This document shows, in pieces, positions 62,151-64,000 of a stretch of 64,000 bases of DNA. Source of the DNA: Phoronis australis (taxonomy: Eukaryota > Animalia > Phoronida); the NCBI GenBank assembly GCA_002633005.1, contig NMRA01000049.1:1-64000 (forward strand). The letters run 5' to 3'. A model generated the notes under the pieces. That model worked only from the letters and a program-made list of their open reading frames with translations. It made no database searches and was not told the DNA's origin. The first letter of the stretch is position 1. Each line of letters opens with the position of its first letter. The translations under genes were made by a program, and so were the position numbers.

Positions 62151-64000
62151 GTTCTTGAAAGCGAAGGTAATGCATGCTGCTTCATCTGCCAAACATCAAC
62201 CGGCGAGGACAGCAAGCTGAAAACTTTCAACGAAAACACTTGGTCAACACTGAAGAACGTCACTACTCTACGTAAAAAATTAAAATGTGACAAATACTCC
62301 CTTGTTACGCAACGAATAGTGGAAGCTAGTGAAACAGAATTATATCTTCGCTATCACCCATCGTGCTACAGAAAATACACTGCTGTTAAACGGCCAAGAG
62401 ATGGACCGTCAGTTGACGACACAACTCCTAGTAAAATGGCCTCTATTGTTACAAGACGTTGCAGTCCCCTCCCAAAGTCCGATGATAAAGGCATGTTGAA
62501 AGGTTCTTGCATATTCTGTGGGAAAAGCCGAAAGAAGAAGAATGGGAAAGAGGAACCAAGGGTCAAGATATTAACATTGTCTGGCTGTCACTCCCTCCGC
62601 CAAGCGGCCAAATCATCTAGTAATGAGCGCTTAAGAAGCCTGGTTTTCAGTGATGTTGACTTAATAGCAAAGGAAGCTGAATACCACAAGTCCTGTCGAG
62701 CTCTCTTCACAAAAGAAACTTCTGGTCAGGAAAGTGGAAATTTAAGGGATCTACACCACCAAGCATTTACGCAAACACGCAACTACATTCAAATTGAGGT
62801 TCTTGAAAACCGGCGGTCAGTACTTCTCTCTACTTTGCTAGATTTGTACAAAGAAGAGTANTCAACATCACCCTCAGTCCGCACCGGGCTCGTAAAATCG
62901 GGGCGCCTTGGTCGTAGATACCGCCCCCGTTACAATAGCAAAGGAAGCTGAATACCACAAGTCCTGTCGAGCTCTCTTCACTAAAGAAACTTCTGGTCAG
63001 GAAAGTGGAAATTTAAGGGATCTACACAACCAAGCATTTACGCAAACACGCAATTACATTCAAATTGAGGTTCTTGAAAACCGGCGGTCAATATTTCTCT
63101 CTACTTTGCTAGATTTGTACAAAGAAGAGTTTGTAAGTAATGGTGGGACAGAAGCTGATGTCTCAGCATACACAACTCAGAATCTCCTTAAGAAGATCAA
63201 AGAACAATTTGGAGACAGAATTCAAGTGAGATTGTCAAATCAGCGGAAAGGCAATTTTATTTTTAGCTCCACTGTAACAGAAGAAGATGCATTAGTTCAG
63301 CAGCAAGGTGAAACTGAAGAAAACTACCAAAATGACAAACTGAGGTGGGCCGCTCTTCATCTTCGGTCTCAAATCTTGCAACTGCCTAAGTCAAAGACAC
63401 CTATTCCAACAACAGTGCAGAATTTGAAATCATGTGCACCAAAGATACCGCAGCAACTTGAACTGTTCTACCGAACACTTCTCGGTGGCCTTACAACCTC
63501 AAACTCTCAAAGAGAATCCATTGACCGCAAAGTGACCGCAATGGCATCTGATGCCATTTACAACGTTACCCGTGGTAATGTGAGGCTGTGGAAGCACACG
63601 TCCCTGGGACTTGGTCTGTCTTTTCTGACAGGTTCAAAACTGTCTTTGCAAATTCTTAACAGAGCAGGACATTCCATCGGCTACAAAGAAAGCAAAGGCC
63701 TTGAGACTGAGTTTGCGTATTCCATAGAGTCGTATGAACGCGAAGCACCGGGTGGTATTCGACTCCTTCCAAATCTAGCCACTGCTTCTGTTTGGGATAA
63801 TAATGACGCACACGTCGAAACGTTAGATGGCATGTCAACACTGCACGCAACTGTTGGTCATAGCTACCAAAATGTGGTGGAAGAAGAAAGGGAAGACTCT
63901 TCTGCTGCACTGTTGTTTCGAGAAGGAAGGAATCGCCGACAGTTTGTGGGGGTGGAGCGAGAAGTGCAGCCATTCAGAAAATCTCTTAAGGATGTTACTT
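62151..64000 (+). mobile_element. Large DNA-transposon transposase exon, CMC-like (Chapaev/EnSpm-type), 3' truncated by window end and interrupted by an assembly junction
   Basis: Acceptor ttttcattacag| at 62149-62150. Encodes VLESEGNACCFICQ...YHPSCYRKY...CIFC...DLIAKEAEYHKSC (paired zinc-binding motifs). From 62935 the frame is open to 64000 and includes LGLGLSFLTGSKLSLQILNRAGHSIGY and WDNNDAHVETLDGMSTLHATVG (DNxD...T..G..TLH.T motif). The superfamily assignment is inferred from motifs. Confidence 0.75.

Overview
AT-rich, intron-containing animal genomic DNA, most likely a marine lophotrochozoan-type invertebrate. That assignment is an inference from TTAGGG telomeric-type repeats, a Cys-rich caveolin and a GL-amide neuropeptide precursor. 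Two host genes can be reconstructed, and they are convergent. (1) A plus-strand caveolin with two duplicated alternative first coding exons (6320-6448, 9079-9141) that splice in phase 0 to a shared exon (11449-11787). (2) A minus-strand neuropeptide prepropeptide of about 308 aa (signal-peptide exon 31194-31107, phase-1 intron of about 11.6 kb, exon 19476-18638). It encodes seven W[MI]Y[RKH]VGL-amide peptides (allatostatin-A/buccalin-like), degenerate copies, and fossil copies beyond its stop codon. The rest is non-coding and repeat-rich: an interstitial telomere-like array, a CR1/L2 LINE relic, tRNA-derived SINEs, several MITE families, Kolobok-derived elements with THAP and KolX remnants, and many TACATGTA sites that look like transposon footprints. 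The right end holds a large CMC-like DNA transposon, broken by single-N assembly junctions.
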